Of a stretch of 64,000 nucleotides of DNA, positions 24,553 through 37,031 are shown one piece after another. A program made the position numbers and the translations under genes. Numbering within the stretch: the stretch's first letter is position 1; each line of letters opens with the position of its first letter. The DNA comes from Octopus sinensis (taxonomy: Eukaryota): NCBI RefSeq assembly GCF_006345805.1, contig NW_021836000.1:62001-126000 (forward strand). Direction: 5' to 3'. The notes under the pieces were generated by a model. That model saw nothing but the letters and a program-made list of their open reading frames with translations, did no database searches and was not told where the DNA came from.

Positions 24553-25544
24553 AGAAAATGGAACAGGAAGTCAGCTACTAGCCGCAGAGAGAATAGAGAA
24601 ACTGTTCCCCCTGAGTACGGCTATTGAGACGCGCTCAAAAAGCCGATTGACCTCGCGGGGGTCGTTTCTAATCCTCCCGAGGAGACGGCCTCTCACGGTG
24701 AGAAAACGTAGCGTGGCTGGGCCGAATGTGCCTGATGTTTCGACTGAAACAGGCACAAAGAGGAATCTGTCGGCGAGCGAGGCGTACTTGTCTTTCTTCC
24801 GGGTCTCTGCCCTCCTCGCCGCTGTGCCAGCTTCGATCGCGGACGCGAGAAGGCATGTTGACGCAAAAGTGTCAGAGCATGTCGCGTCCCAGACGATCGC
24901 TTTGCCGCACTTGAACGGGAAGAGCGAGACGCCGTCCGGCCTCTTGCCATCGCCCCTGTTAAGGCCAGAGGGCTCCAGCTGGCACGGGATGCCGGTTGCC
25001 TCGAGCAGACGCTTTATTATGGAATTAAGCTGTCCGTGCCTGGGGAACCTCCCAGGGAATTTGCGGCAGGAGAGCGGGTGTAGACCTTTGCGGTCTATAT
25101 GAGCCCCGCAACGGCATTGGTGAGGCTGGCAAATGTCCAAGCCGAGTCGGAGAGATATTCCGATTCTTAAACAGTCTGGGTCCAGGAAGGTTCCAGCTGC
25201 AGGGGAAGGATAGGCGTTGATCCAGGCGCCAGTCCGTGGAGATGCTCCAGACAACAGACAAGCACGCCGGTGTTGGTCTCCGTGAGACAGTAAGTACCGG
25301 AAAGACTGAGAGCTGCTGATCTCCGTCCATTCGCGCATAAGGCATAGGTCAACGGGAGTTTTTAGTCCGCAATCTGTCCACAACGATGTGCCGTATGAAA
25401 GCTCTGAGTCCGTGAGCGATCCAGAGGGAGAAGGAAGGATCTGGACTACGAGAGGCATGCATCGGTGAGAAGAAGAAAGAAAGCATGGCAAGGAGAGAAC
25501 CGAGGGGGCTTGGAATCCGAGACCCCCGTGCCTGATAGGCAGGA
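24519..25544 (-). mobile_element. 5'-truncated CRE-like retrotransposon (lineage 3) with poly(A) and 9-bp TSD
   Basis: ORF ..LPIRHGGLG..CRCG..HPLSC..RH..KRPDG..WDATC..KKDKY..LRGNSFSI. T-run on the plus strand at 24517-24544; TSD TAGCAAATT at 24510-24518 and 25545-25553; empty site at ~41118. Confidence 0.92.
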
Positions 25545-25598
25545 TAGCAAATTATAATTTACATCAAATTTTTTGCAAAGTTTGTAACAACTTTAACT

Positions 25599-25741
25599 CT
25601 AACCTTAACCCAAACCCTAACGTTGGCAAGTGACAACATAAATATTCAAAATCTAACCCTAACCTTAATCCAAACCCTAACGTTGGCAAGTGACAACATA
25701 AATATTCAAAATCTAACCCTGACCTTAACCCAAACCCTAAC
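25599..25741. repeat. 60-bp tandem repeat (~2.4 copies) containing CCCTAA-like hexamers
   Basis: Unit CTAACCTTAACCCAAACCCTAACGTTGGCAAGTGACAACATAAATATTCAAAATCTAACC with period 60; also at ~41173-41317. Confidence 0.9.
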
Positions 25742-26218
25742 TCGAAATTAAATGATGTTTCTGCTGACGATTCTTCAGACATTTTTTACAAAAATTGGAA
25801 GCCTTTTTGGCCAACCGGTGTTTGCTTCGAGCATTCATATCCTCCGGGAATATCCCGATTAACGCTTCCTTAATTTGATTGTATTCGTTAATATTTCTGA
25901 CGTAACCCTTAAACCCAGACATCACAAAGTGTGAGTAACCACGCTGTTAAAATTAATATACTTTTGGGTAAGCCATTTTTAAAAGATAATTCAAATGTAA
26001 TTTTAAATTAGAATAATTGATTAATCTACACTCTTCCATATATAAATTGCTATATTCAATATTTAATACCTTTTCTGCGGTTTCCATAGAAACACGTAAA
26101 AGGACTGGCTGCCCATAGCGACATAGTCGCCCATGTGACATAATATGTGTGAAGTTAGGGGCGTTTGTTTAATATGTGTTATATTGATGTTATAAAAAAT
26201 TATATTATAATTTTTCCC

Positions 26219-27138
26219 ATGTTTATTGTAGGTAGTACATACGAAACAACTTTAAGAGAACTTCTAGGAAGTGATACAATCGGGATAATATCATTTTTTA
26301 AGGCAAAAGGACTAATTAAATCAAAAATGATGTGTGTTTACTGCATAAAAGAAATGGTTTGGGTTTTCAAGCGTACCTTATCTGACCAATATACTTGGAA
26401 ATGTCAGAATCAAAACTGTTCAAAATACAAGACCACATTGTCAATACGAACAGGTTCTGTTTTGACTACTTCGAGTATAAGTCTCAAAACATGGTTAGAT
26501 ATTTTGTATAGGTGGAGCAATGAAGAATCAATTGTTATGATTAAAAAATCACTGACTGTATCATCTCCAACACTTATAGAAATTTTTAAAACCATTAGAA
26601 AATGTATTAACAGACACTTTGAAAGTAATCCCGTAAAATTGGGTGGAGAAAATGTAGTCTGCCAAATCGATGAAAGTCTCTTTTGTCATAAACAAAAGTA
26701 CCATCGGGGTAGACTAGCTAATTCTCAAGTGTGGGTATTCGGTATTGTTGATACCTCATTTTCACCGGCAAAAGGTTTTATGCGAGTGATTCCAAATCGA
26801 TCAGGGCCACTTTAAAACCAATTATCTGTGAAGTGATTCTGCCAGGATCAATTATCCATAGTGATGAATGGAGGGCCTATTCCAATTTGAATGTTTTTGG
26901 GTATGACCACGCTACTGTAAACCACTCAAATAACTTTATTGAACCAACCACCGGTGTTCATACCCAACATGTGGAGTCCTATTGGAATAAAAACAAATTG
27001 CGTTGTAAGAAAATGAAAGGTGTCAAAAAAGAATTTTTACAAGACTACCTAAACGAATTTGTGTGGCGTGACAACGTAATTGGTGATCCTTTTGAAAAGT
27101 TAATGGAGCTTTTGAAAAATTATTATGTTGTTCAATAA
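26219..27138 (+). pseudogene. Merlin (IS1016/ISXO2-like) transposase, intronless, one frameshift
   Basis: CVYC..WKCQ zinc motif; [19 protein letters not shown]; (frameshift near 26805) GSIIHSDEWRAY..VNHS..TGVHTQHVESYW..YLNEF.WR. Confidence 0.9.
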
Positions 27139-27426
27139 ACTTGTTTCTAAAGTATAGTATTTATTTATAAATTTGATTTTTAGTTTTACATTATGTCACC
27201 GGTTTTATAGCCCACTGGGTTGGATAACCCACCTACTGCCATATTTTATAATAATAATATTTTTCCTATATTTAATTTCATTGGAAAAAATGATTTTCTT
27301 AATTATTTTAATAATTTATTGTTCTTTTTTATTTAAATATTTTAGCGTGAAAACTATAACTTTTTATTAATAAAGTTTAAAAACTGTGAAAATAAGTAGG
27401 GTTGTTCAATAAAGTTCAATTAGAAT

Positions 27427-28792
27427 ATGGTTCTTTTGAAATTAACGACAAACCAACTTAATGAAATAAAAAATTTTGATGACACCACTACTATATACGA
27501 TAAAGAGAAAAGGAGAAGGCTCAGGACGCTTAAAAATCGTTTTTGCTTCAAAGTTCCTGAAAAAACGTATATAAAAGTCGGAAATAAAAAACTGCGTTTT
27601 TTTACTCTAGAAGAAAGTGAGCTAAAGTTAAAAATTATTGAGGTATCTATTTCAAAACAATTGAAGATCGTGCATATGAATACTCATTTTGGTAGAGACA
27701 GAATGCTATCGTTACTAAGAGACTAAATATATTCAGTAACAAGGGAAGAAATTTGTAGTGTGATAGGAAAATGTGTCTATTGCCAAGTAATGTTGTTAAT
27801 CAGTGTTAGTCGAAAAATTTCATGGCAACAAAACCAACTATCACCCCCATAATTGCAAGAGGACCTAGAGATCGGTATATTGCAGATTTAGTGGATCTGA
27901 GGAGATATTCAAACCTTAACAGCAATTATGGATGGGTCTTTTTTTTGAATAAGTCATAGTTGGTTGTTGTAATCGACTCTTTTTCCAAATTTGCAGTGGT
28001 AAAACTCGCAAAAACGAAATCAGCCGAAGAAATAACAAGAAAGTTAAAAAAGATTTTCTTCTCAATCCGACCCCCGTTTATCTTGCAGACAGACAACGGG
28101 AAAGAGTTCAAGAATAAATGCATGGAAATAATGTGCTCCGAAATAAACATCACTCATATATGTGGACGACCTAGAGCACCCTGGGTTCAGGGGCAAGTGG
28201 AGAGGTTTCTTATAGTCAATTTATTTGTAGGTTTAATCAATCAATTAAAAGATGGATTAGCTCTACAAGTGCATACAACGGAATGCTAGGGAAATTCAAG
28301 GATTTTTATCAGGAAATTGTATACAAATATAACTCCACACAACATGAAACTACCAAATGGGCGTCCTTCAAATTTTTTATGGGGGATAAAAAAGATTCGG
28401 AGAGAACAGAAGATCAAATAAATGCATTGTTAATGTTCGACGGAACAAATGCAGAACAAAGTGATGAGTCAAATTCGAATTATTTTGAAAATGACGATAA
28501 AAGAACTGAGAAAGAAGTGCATGAAAACCTTGTTAAAGCTGGAGAGAAAATGAAAAAACGTCGTAAGTGGAAATATGACGCAGAAGACATTGAAATTGGA
28601 GATACAGTGCTGCTGAAACACGACAGGGATGATAACCCTGGTAACCGGAGATACCCATTATATGACGAACTGGATATAAATAAGTACACAGTTTCAGAAA
28701 AATTTGAAACTAGTTGTCATTTTTATATTTTATCGAACAGCTTCGACAATAGAGTAATGTTTTTTTATAAAAATAGAATTTTTATCCTGTAA
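27427..28792 (+). pseudogene. Intron-containing Ginger-like transposase/integrase with one nonsense codon
   Basis: Removing GT-AG introns 27787-27809, 27936-27959 and 28205-28230 gives HMNTHFGRDR..CVYCQ|SKNF..RYIADLVD..YGW|LVVVIDSFSK..QTDNGKEF..QGQVER|FNQ. TAA at 27724. Putative 5' end TGTCACCGG at 27194. Confidence 0.88.
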
Positions 28793-29399
28793 GTTCATTT
28801 TTTGAATGGATGATGCTTCCGCTTACATTTTTATTTTTTGGATCTTACTATTTTGAATTTCGAGAACTCTGCGTTGAAATTCGCCTTGTGCGAGAAAAAT
28901 TACCTGAATAATTAATATTTCTTATATAAAATTTGTTTGATTATTCATTATTATAATGCCACAATAACAAAATTTGGTCATTGTAGATATAGAGCAAGTA
29001 CACTTGAAGCAGATAAAGTAATTGTTGAAAAATATTATAAAAAGTTAGTCCCGACGGTTTGAAGACTCAAGTGACCTACACAGTGATTAGATAATATTAA
29101 GTTATATGTTTAAGACACAAAACTATGTATTAAGAACTGCAAGCCCGCCTTTATAAAATTAAATGATATCGCCAATAAGTTTGCGACTACAAAAGCACAA
29201 AAGACTAAAAGATCAACTGGAAATATATAACGAGAAATTAATAATTATGTTAATACTTTGGAGAATATTTTCGAAAAGGAACTACATAATAAAATATTGT
29301 CAGGAATAAAAGAAATAAATTACGAGCAAAACAAACATCAGACACTGCTCCAAATTATTCGTTAAAATACTCAGTATAACCTACCCTTGTGTTTACGAA

Positions 29400-31330
29400 G
29401 ACGTTATAATTATTTTACAAATTGGCAAAAGGTCTTTGTATTCTCTTCTCAGAGGTTTTTCTTTTTTGGATAAATTGTGCCTGAGTCCGTCATTAAATTC
29501 TTAGTGGATATGCAACCATGTGCTACATTTCTAATTATAAATCTCGTGACCTTAAATACTATTTTTATTTGCCTTTCCAATGGGTCTTTGCATATGAGCC
29601 AACCATAAATATCTACTTAGAAGGGAAAGACTGAATCGATCATTTCGGATATTAATCTCCATTTCCATAATTACACTCACTTTTAAAAGTTACATAAAAT
29701 TTCGATTTCCATTCTCCACGGGAACAGTAAATAAATTCTCTCTACACACAAATAGCTTATTATCTCTGATTAATAAAATTTAATTATTTAGAGATGTGAA
29801 AAATAGATTTTCACTAGGTCTAAATTTCTTAAATTTTCTGTCCTGCTAATTCTGAATCTTGTGCAAAAATACAAATGCAAAAATTTAACAACTTCATTGT
29901 GTCTTTGGAGGTAAGAATAATTGAGCATTCTGTTACATCTTGTAGGAAGAAGGTTTGGTATCTTCTTAATCCACGCTTGTCGTCATAATCCACAGTTTAG
30001 TAAAAGGAGACATGTTTCTATCCCGAGTATCTGATGCTTCCGTCAATTAGCTATGGGAATATATGTCAAAAAACATTGCTGTATTGAGCACCTGCGTCAA
30101 GGATTGCTACTTTCATTAAAGACTACGCACATTCGAATTATTTTTTTATCAAATTTAAATTGCATCCAGAATCTCATACGAAATTTGTATGGTTCCGGTT
30201 TTCATTGAAAAGAATTCTGAACAACATTCTGGATTGATTTTGTACAAGCCCAGGATCCCGAGTTGTGATAGAGTATATGTTTTAACAGTTTTTGTAAATA
30301 TGAATTCTCGTCCTCACCTAGGTCCTTTTTGGGTGATCCATGCTTTCGCTTTAAGTAAGTGTCTTCCTTCCTGTAATATCCTCATGTAACCGAGGAGGGA
30401 GACCCATTTCTTTGTTTTACCATAGATTTCATCGGCCTTATCTTTTCTTTTGTCAATTCTATGATTTCCGTTTTTTATGTTCATTTTTAGTATTCAGACT
30501 GACATATTCTTTTGAATTAACTCTTTTAGCTCTTCTTTATTTCAAGGACCGGTCTCGATTCTCGAAGAGCCGAATCAAAATAGATCACAAACAGAATAAG
30601 AGATAATGGAACTCCTTATTGGGATCGAGTATTGTTTCAAACCTTCTCTACAATCCATCTCTAGTCATCGCTTCTAATCATTTTGACCGTCAAGTATTTA
30701 AGTACTTATAGAAGTTTGGTTCTATCGATCAAATAGTGCTTGTTTAGACCACAGGTCTGAAATTCTCAACCTTACCTCGGGTTTGTGTGGTTTTAAATAG
30801 GAGCCGCTTTCCTATTGGTAGGGAGACGTCTCTTCTATAAATTTCATATTAGATACAATTGATGGCTTTGTACAGTATCTTTGTTCCTCATTTAAATAAT
30901 TTGGCATTTAGATCATTCGAGTCTGAGATTTTTTTATTCAGGTCTGAGTTTGCAAATATTGTTTCTTTTGTGGTTATTTCATTATCTAATTTCACAGTTC
31001 TAAATTGGTCGTTAGTTTTCTTCAATACTTCGATTTTAATATTATTCCGAAATGTTTTCCTATGCTGTTTAATACGAAGGCGCCGATCTTTTGAAGTATA
31101 AAAGCTGAGATGTTCAATTGCGTTTTTTGGTGTTGGAAGAAGCAGATCGTCTGTTGGGAGTAGACTTTGAGACACAACTGAGCTAAATCATCTCCTTCCT
31201 TTCCACAAAAAACCGACAGGCGTTGATGTTCAGTGCCACGGACAGTCACAAAGTGACAAAATCTTCCAATCCTTTCAAGTACAAAGAGGAAACAACGACA
31301 GTCGACTTGTCGGACCAACGTTTCGTTCTA
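29400..31330 (-). pseudogene. Heavily decayed R4/Dong-like RLE non-LTR retrotransposon
   Basis: Fragments GKVENFRPV and SQ*GVPLS (RT) and TRCNRMLNYSYLQRHNEVVKFLHLYFC (29881-29904 encodes RHNEVVKF); many stops. Confidence 0.6.
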
Positions 31331-31619
31331 ATGGAAGCAGAAAAAAAATTTCTACCTGCTTGTCCTCTTTGACCCCTTCCTTCATGAAAATCCCGCAACT
31401 CCAGTGATAGTCTTCATAAATCTATACAAGTAGGGGATTATCATTATTTATTATTATCACATATTGAATTGCCTACAACTTGTGCATTCCGTTTATGCCA
31501 TCCTTTTCATCATCCTCTCTACGAAATTAGTTAGATGCTTAATAATTTGATTAAGAAATTAATCACGTGTTTTTGTCTCGTGTTTTGGTAAATCATGATG
31601 TTCTTTATATGTAACTTAA

Positions 31620-32290
31620 TCAAAATATCGCTGATAATTAACAATCGTTCCAAATCTCTGAATTTAAAAGAAAAAATGGCTATTATTGAATACTGCAAAA
31701 AACTAACATGTAAAACACACTAAAGTTTTCGAAATATTTTCCTTTCTATTCAAGAAGGAAATCAAACATCGAAATTTAAATTCTATACCACGAAATTTAA
31801 AATTCAAAAATATTGATTTGAGTTAAAGGAATGGGTTAATATGGTTGAAGCCGGAGGTGGCTCTTATAATGATGCAATCCTCCAGGAAAAAGCAAAGTTA
31901 TTATATGGAAATGGAAATATGTATTCTAATTAAAATAAAGTATTTAAAGGAACTAATGGCTGGGTGTCGAAATTTAAAAAACGTTACAATATTTATATGA
32001 GAATTTCAGATTTTTGTAGATATTTATACAACCAAACTTCGTGGATGACTTCAAAAGAATTCAATTTATGGTTGATGGATATAGATGTTCGGGTAAAGTT
32101 ATCAACCCGGGAAATTATGTTAATTCCCTGACATTAATGTTAATTTAATCGGGCAAACTCATTATTTAATCTTATTCTCCCGTTATAATTTTTAAATCAT
32201 TCTTGCCGTAATTTTTAAATCATATTCTTGGAGTGACATTTCTTGTAAGACGGTCAACAATTGTTGGAATAAAACATGCCTCATGAGTAG
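31620..32290 (+). pseudogene. pogo/Tigger transposase fragments
   Basis: SLNLKEKMAIIEY, DAILQEKAK, FKGTNGWVSKFKKRYNI (CENP-B-type HTH) and WSDISCKTVNNCWNK. Confidence 0.7.
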
Positions 32291-35200
32291 AATTATTGCT
32301 CAATGTTCGTTATATTGCATAGTCCACCGTCATGCATTGATGATGAAAACGATACATGATAATTTGAAAATTTTCATGAATGTAGTAATAAAAACGATAA
32401 ACTATTTTAAAGCCAAAGCACTCAATTCGCGTCTCAATTTTTAGATATTTTCTTGATATTTCGGATCTTAATAAATACTATTGTTTCTAAACAACCCATT
32501 TTAATTTCAGTTGAAAATCTTCCTTCTGAAAATTGTATAATTCAGGAAGAATTTGTCGACATGAAAAATGATAGATATGAAAAAAACGTATTCACTGAAG
32601 TTTCGCGAAGCAATTTCTGGATTCAGATGGCTGATTCCTATTCAGAATTAGCAAAGATGCTACTTTAAGTGCTTATTCCATTTGCAACTACATATGAGTG
32701 TGAGACGGCATTTTTAACACTACCTACCATTAAATCAAAATTCCAAATAGATTAGATGTGTCAAATGAAGAAAATTAATTTTCTTAGTAAATTAGCCAAT
32801 TTGAGAATTGGCCACAATTTTTGAATTAATTTTGTTTATTTAGAAAAATTACTACAAGCAATGGATTTTGGAATTATAACAACCTCAAGACTCATTTCAT
32901 GAGAAGAAAGCTAGAGTACTTAACTGATTTGCTGGAGACTTAAAATATTTCTGTATACAATTCATACAAAAAATTGACATTAAAAGATGCAATTTTGTTT
33001 GTTAATATGGGTTGGGGTGACGTATCTACTGAAACCATTCAAAATTGTTTTAAGATTTTAAATAAATCTAGTCACGAAAATCCATTAATTTAACATTATG
33101 ACATTGAAATTGAAAGAACTGATATTTTTGATCCTTTAATGAGTGAAGATTTTTTAAATATCGAATGCACATCAATTTTTACAATAAATTAGTACTTATT
33201 TAAGACCATAATCTGTTTAAAAAATAACCTAAAACTTGAATGACAGCAGACCACGATTAATTTGTATAAAATACGTGAATTAAGATATTGGTTTAGCTCG
33301 ACAATAATGATGTTGTCCTTTCATATGCGGATGACATCGTATTAGCCTCACGGGACCAGGACATCCAGAAGGCCTCTAAAAAACTCCAAGCTAACTTCGA
33401 TCGGCTCAACCTATGGCTAACTGACAAACGAATCGTGGTAAACGCGGAGAAATCCGCCACCTCACTTTTCACATCTGATAAAAGATTGGGAATGGCTTCT
33501 GTCGACTTGAAGTTTAACAGTGTGTCCATACCCTTCTATAGAAGTCAGACCGTTCTAGGGGTAACCCTCGAGATGCACCTTTGCTTCTCCTCGGACACAG
33601 ACAACCTTCTTTACAAATGCAAAAAAAATGAAAATTACACATCGATAAAACAAAATTAAATCGCTGCTTTTTCCATGATATGATTATGCAGTGTTTATAA
33701 AGTAACTTATTTTGCTTAAATTAATTACAGATCTCTTTGAAACTATAAAGGTTTGATGAACAGCAAGACTCTCACGAATGTTATATATATTCTCTAAAAA
33801 CTAAATGAAATTATTTGTTGAATAATATTATTTTTGAACACTTGATACTTATCTTTGTGTAATACATTCCAAGATTTCTATTCGCCAAAGCTGAAAAAGT
33901 AGCTAGCTAACTTCCTCAGCGACCGAAAAGGCAGGATCCAACAAAACAATACAAGATCGATGTTACGATATTTTCCAAACGGGATCCCTCAAGGCTCACC
34001 CCTTTCACCAGCCCTTTTTAACTTATTCTTATCGGATCTCACGCTACCAAACGACAAAGACTCAATCGTATTATCATACGCTGACGATATCGTAATTGCT
34101 ACCCGGAGCCGTGAGGTTAACATAGCAAGTTCAAAACTACAGAACTACATCCACAATCTCGAAAGTTGACTTTCAATAAATCGACTATCAACGAGTTCTG
34201 AAAAATCAGTCACTACGCTTCTGACTTCAGCAAGGAAGCTTGGGAAAATGGTGGTGAACTTATATCTAAACAACATGGAAATCCCATTTAAAAAATCCCA
34301 GAAAATCCTCGGCGCGATTTAAGATAGTCATATGTGTTTCTCCCAACAGGTTGAAAATGTTAGAACTAGCTACATGAAGAAACTGAACATCATAAAAGTG
34401 TTCCTCCGAAAATGCAAACAATGGATCAGCTTCCTCACACGCCAATCAATCTACCGGCAATAAATCGAACCATCCATTAGTTATGCTTGTGGGGCGTGGG
34501 GAAGGTCTGTCAGTGAAACAAACCGTGAAAAATCGAAAAAACACAAGAAAGATTTCGGAAAGCACTACTAGGACCGAATGAACATCTATACATCGAATGA
34601 TTAATTAGTTCTATGTTTTGGACAATCGTGATCTTTAGCAAAATACTCTCAATGAATGCTGTAATAAATTGCTAGACCAACAAATTAGATGACGCCAATT
34701 CAAACAAAATTTTCCAAATAACCAACCACTTAATAATTGGATTCACAGGGAACATGCACGTTTTCGATAATTTGTTCATTTCAAGTCGTTTTAATTATTT
34801 GTATTTTTCTAATTAATTTGTTATGTAGATTGCAGCATCATGTGGATCCAGGAAATTTAATAATACTAATTACGTCCTTAAATTATTGCTGAGCGGATCA
34901 GTTGATCAAAAATAATATAAATTAAAGAATAAAAACGTCAGACGAAGTAAAATTTTTTGCATTACTATCAGACACGCAGCCAAAACAGATTCTCATACTG
35001 GCAAAAATGCCATCGTTAGGAGAAATAAGATTTTGAGTAATCAAATAAACCAATATGGAGCATATGCAATTTACACTCATTTCACAGTCTCAGGAGGAAC
35101 GTACACCATCGGATATATTAAAAAAATAATTACATGAATAAAGAAATAAATTGAGTTATAAAATGATAAAAAAATAAAAATTTTCATTAAAAAATAGGAT

Positions 35201-35358
35201 GAAATCCAATAAATGAAGATGACAGAAAAAATAATAGTTTTTCAAAAGTTTCAAAATAAGTAAAAACCAGATTAAAGGAATAAAATCGGACAATATCATT
35301 AAAATTATGAAATTTCAGATAATTTAATTATTAAAAGAAATTACATATCGAATTATTC
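32165..35358 (+). repeat. ~3.2-kb segmental duplication of 1-3423
   Basis: Colinear paralogy with scattered substitutions; lacks the 1930-2137 insertion. Confidence 0.95.
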
Positions 35359-35384
35359 CTTCTATTTTGAAAGGAAAAATTTTA

Positions 35385-36150
35385 TTTTAAAATAAAAGGC
35401 TGTTAGTGAGGGTATAATTAAGACCTTCGGCATTTCTGCCTTTTCAGTCCCGCACACACGCTCGCCTCTCAGCCGCAAACTAAGACTTACCGTCTTACCT
35501 GCCACCCAGACATTATCTTTTCTAAGACCTCAGAGAGGCCTTTGAGCGACAATTCCTGGGTGTCCGTGAGCTCCACTCGCCATCCTAAGCCATGGGCTAG
35601 CCGGATGGCTCGTCTTCTGACTTTCTTAAGCGCGTCAACGTACTTCTCTCGGTCCTCACAGAAGTGCCAGGCATGTACACCATAGGTCAACACGGGCAAC
35701 ACCATGGCGTTAAACACACGTAGCCAAGCACCTCTCCGCAGCCGGAAAGCACGCAACGCGCCTAATCGCTGCATTGCACGCATTTTCGTACGTGCAATGT
35801 GATCATCAAACTTACCGGACGGCTTAAAGAGCACGCCCAAATAAGTCATCCGATCAACTGCAGCAATTGCTGACCCGTTCAGCAATAACCTAGGAGCGTA
35901 ATTAGTGTAACCCCTCGTCCTTTTACAGACTTTGAGAACACTGCACTTATCCGCACGCATCTTTAGACCCCTACTCCCACACCAGTTTACAAGTCCATCC
36001 ACAGCAACCTGTAGCCTACGACACGCACACTCAGGTTTCATCGAGTGATCCCAGAGGATGATGTCGTCTGCATAAATTACCATTTCAGTACGAGCATTGA
36101 CTGGCATGGGCGCAGATGCCATAAAGACATTAAAAAGCGTGGGACTCAGC
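35385..36150 (-). mobile_element. 5'-truncated GC-rich LINE (RT C-terminal half)
   Basis: LSPTLFNVFM..YADDIILW..YLGVLF..LPVLTYG; truncated just inside the QG..LSP motif. The 3' end is duplicated at 37645-37918. Confidence 0.85.
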
Positions 36151-36259
36151 AAAAAAAAAGGGCACATGTTTGTTGTGGATGGTTGTGCTTGATTCTTCTG
36201 GTACTGAACATTTGGACTGCAGAGCCGAAAATAACATGAAACCTTTAAAAAAAAAAAAG

Positions 36260-36893
36260 AACGGCCAAGGAGGGTGTCCAGACTCGTTCTGTTATTGAAA
36301 ATTCAAGATCCCCCTGTCTGGAAACGAACACGAAAATAAATGCCCTTAGAGCTATTATTTCCTCTATTAATATTGAAGATAGAAAACAGTGGGCAATTTC
36401 AATTCACAAAGCTATCCGCTTGAGGATGGGGCGTGTCCCTAGGGGCGTCATATTGGAGGGTTTTAACTCAAAATTTGGAGATGCAATTTCTTTGTCGGAA
36501 TATAAAACGCTTGAGTATTTGCATAAAAGGCAAAATTCAAGCACTAATATTGATGAATCAGGAAAAGTGAGTCATTTCTCAAGTGGATGTGATGCAAAAC
36601 TGTTCTCTTGTTGCAAATTGACATTTATGCAACAGTTGGAAAAAATAGTATTGATTGATCATTCCCTTCGACCATGTACAAAAAAGCTTCCCTATTCAAA
36701 ACTAAACTTTCCTTTACTGGAGTGTCTGAATCGTGTAGTAGCTGCATATATCAAAGAGAATCCCCCTAATTCAATTCCGAATCTTGATGACACTTTAGAA
36801 TCTTACGATCTAGTAGTCAATCTAACCAAAAATGAAAAGAATATTGAAGAGGTTTTGAACAAGATATTTCATCAACTGAAGAAAAAAAAATGA
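36260..36893 (+). other. Open ~210-codon frame of unknown origin, possibly a non-LTR N-terminal/linker fragment
   Basis: Its C-terminal part (IPNLDDT..YDLVVNLT.NEK.IEEVLNKIFHQLKKKK) is conserved at 4970-5090 and 19650-19770. Assignment is tentative. Confidence 0.35.
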
Positions 36894-37031
36894 TAGTTAA
36901 AGAGAAGGATGGATGACCAAGTCTGAACAAACTGGGCTGAATGGAGTCATTGAAGCATAAAATAGTGTTTGTCATTTACTACCTTGTGGTTACGTGGAAA
37001 TTGTGGTTACGTGGAGATTTTTCCTATACTA

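Larger units (their letters stand above)
22778..26140. mobile_element. TGT...ACA Ginger-like non-autonomous element carrying two nested CRE-like insertions
   Basis: TAATA|TGTCACATGGG ... CCCATGTGACA|TAATA. Removing the two insertions regenerates the 40865-41715 element. Confidence 0.9.

Noticed and set aside
26800-26830. Programmed frameshift in the Merlin ORF, since it is shared by both copies
   Set aside because: No slippery heptamer; sharing is explained by duplication after a 1-bp deletion.
27724-27726. In-frame TAA suggesting a ciliate-type genetic code
   Set aside because: It is a single case that aligns with Leu in a paralog. Long ORFs lack in-frame TAA/TAG and TAA ends several genes at the homologous position.
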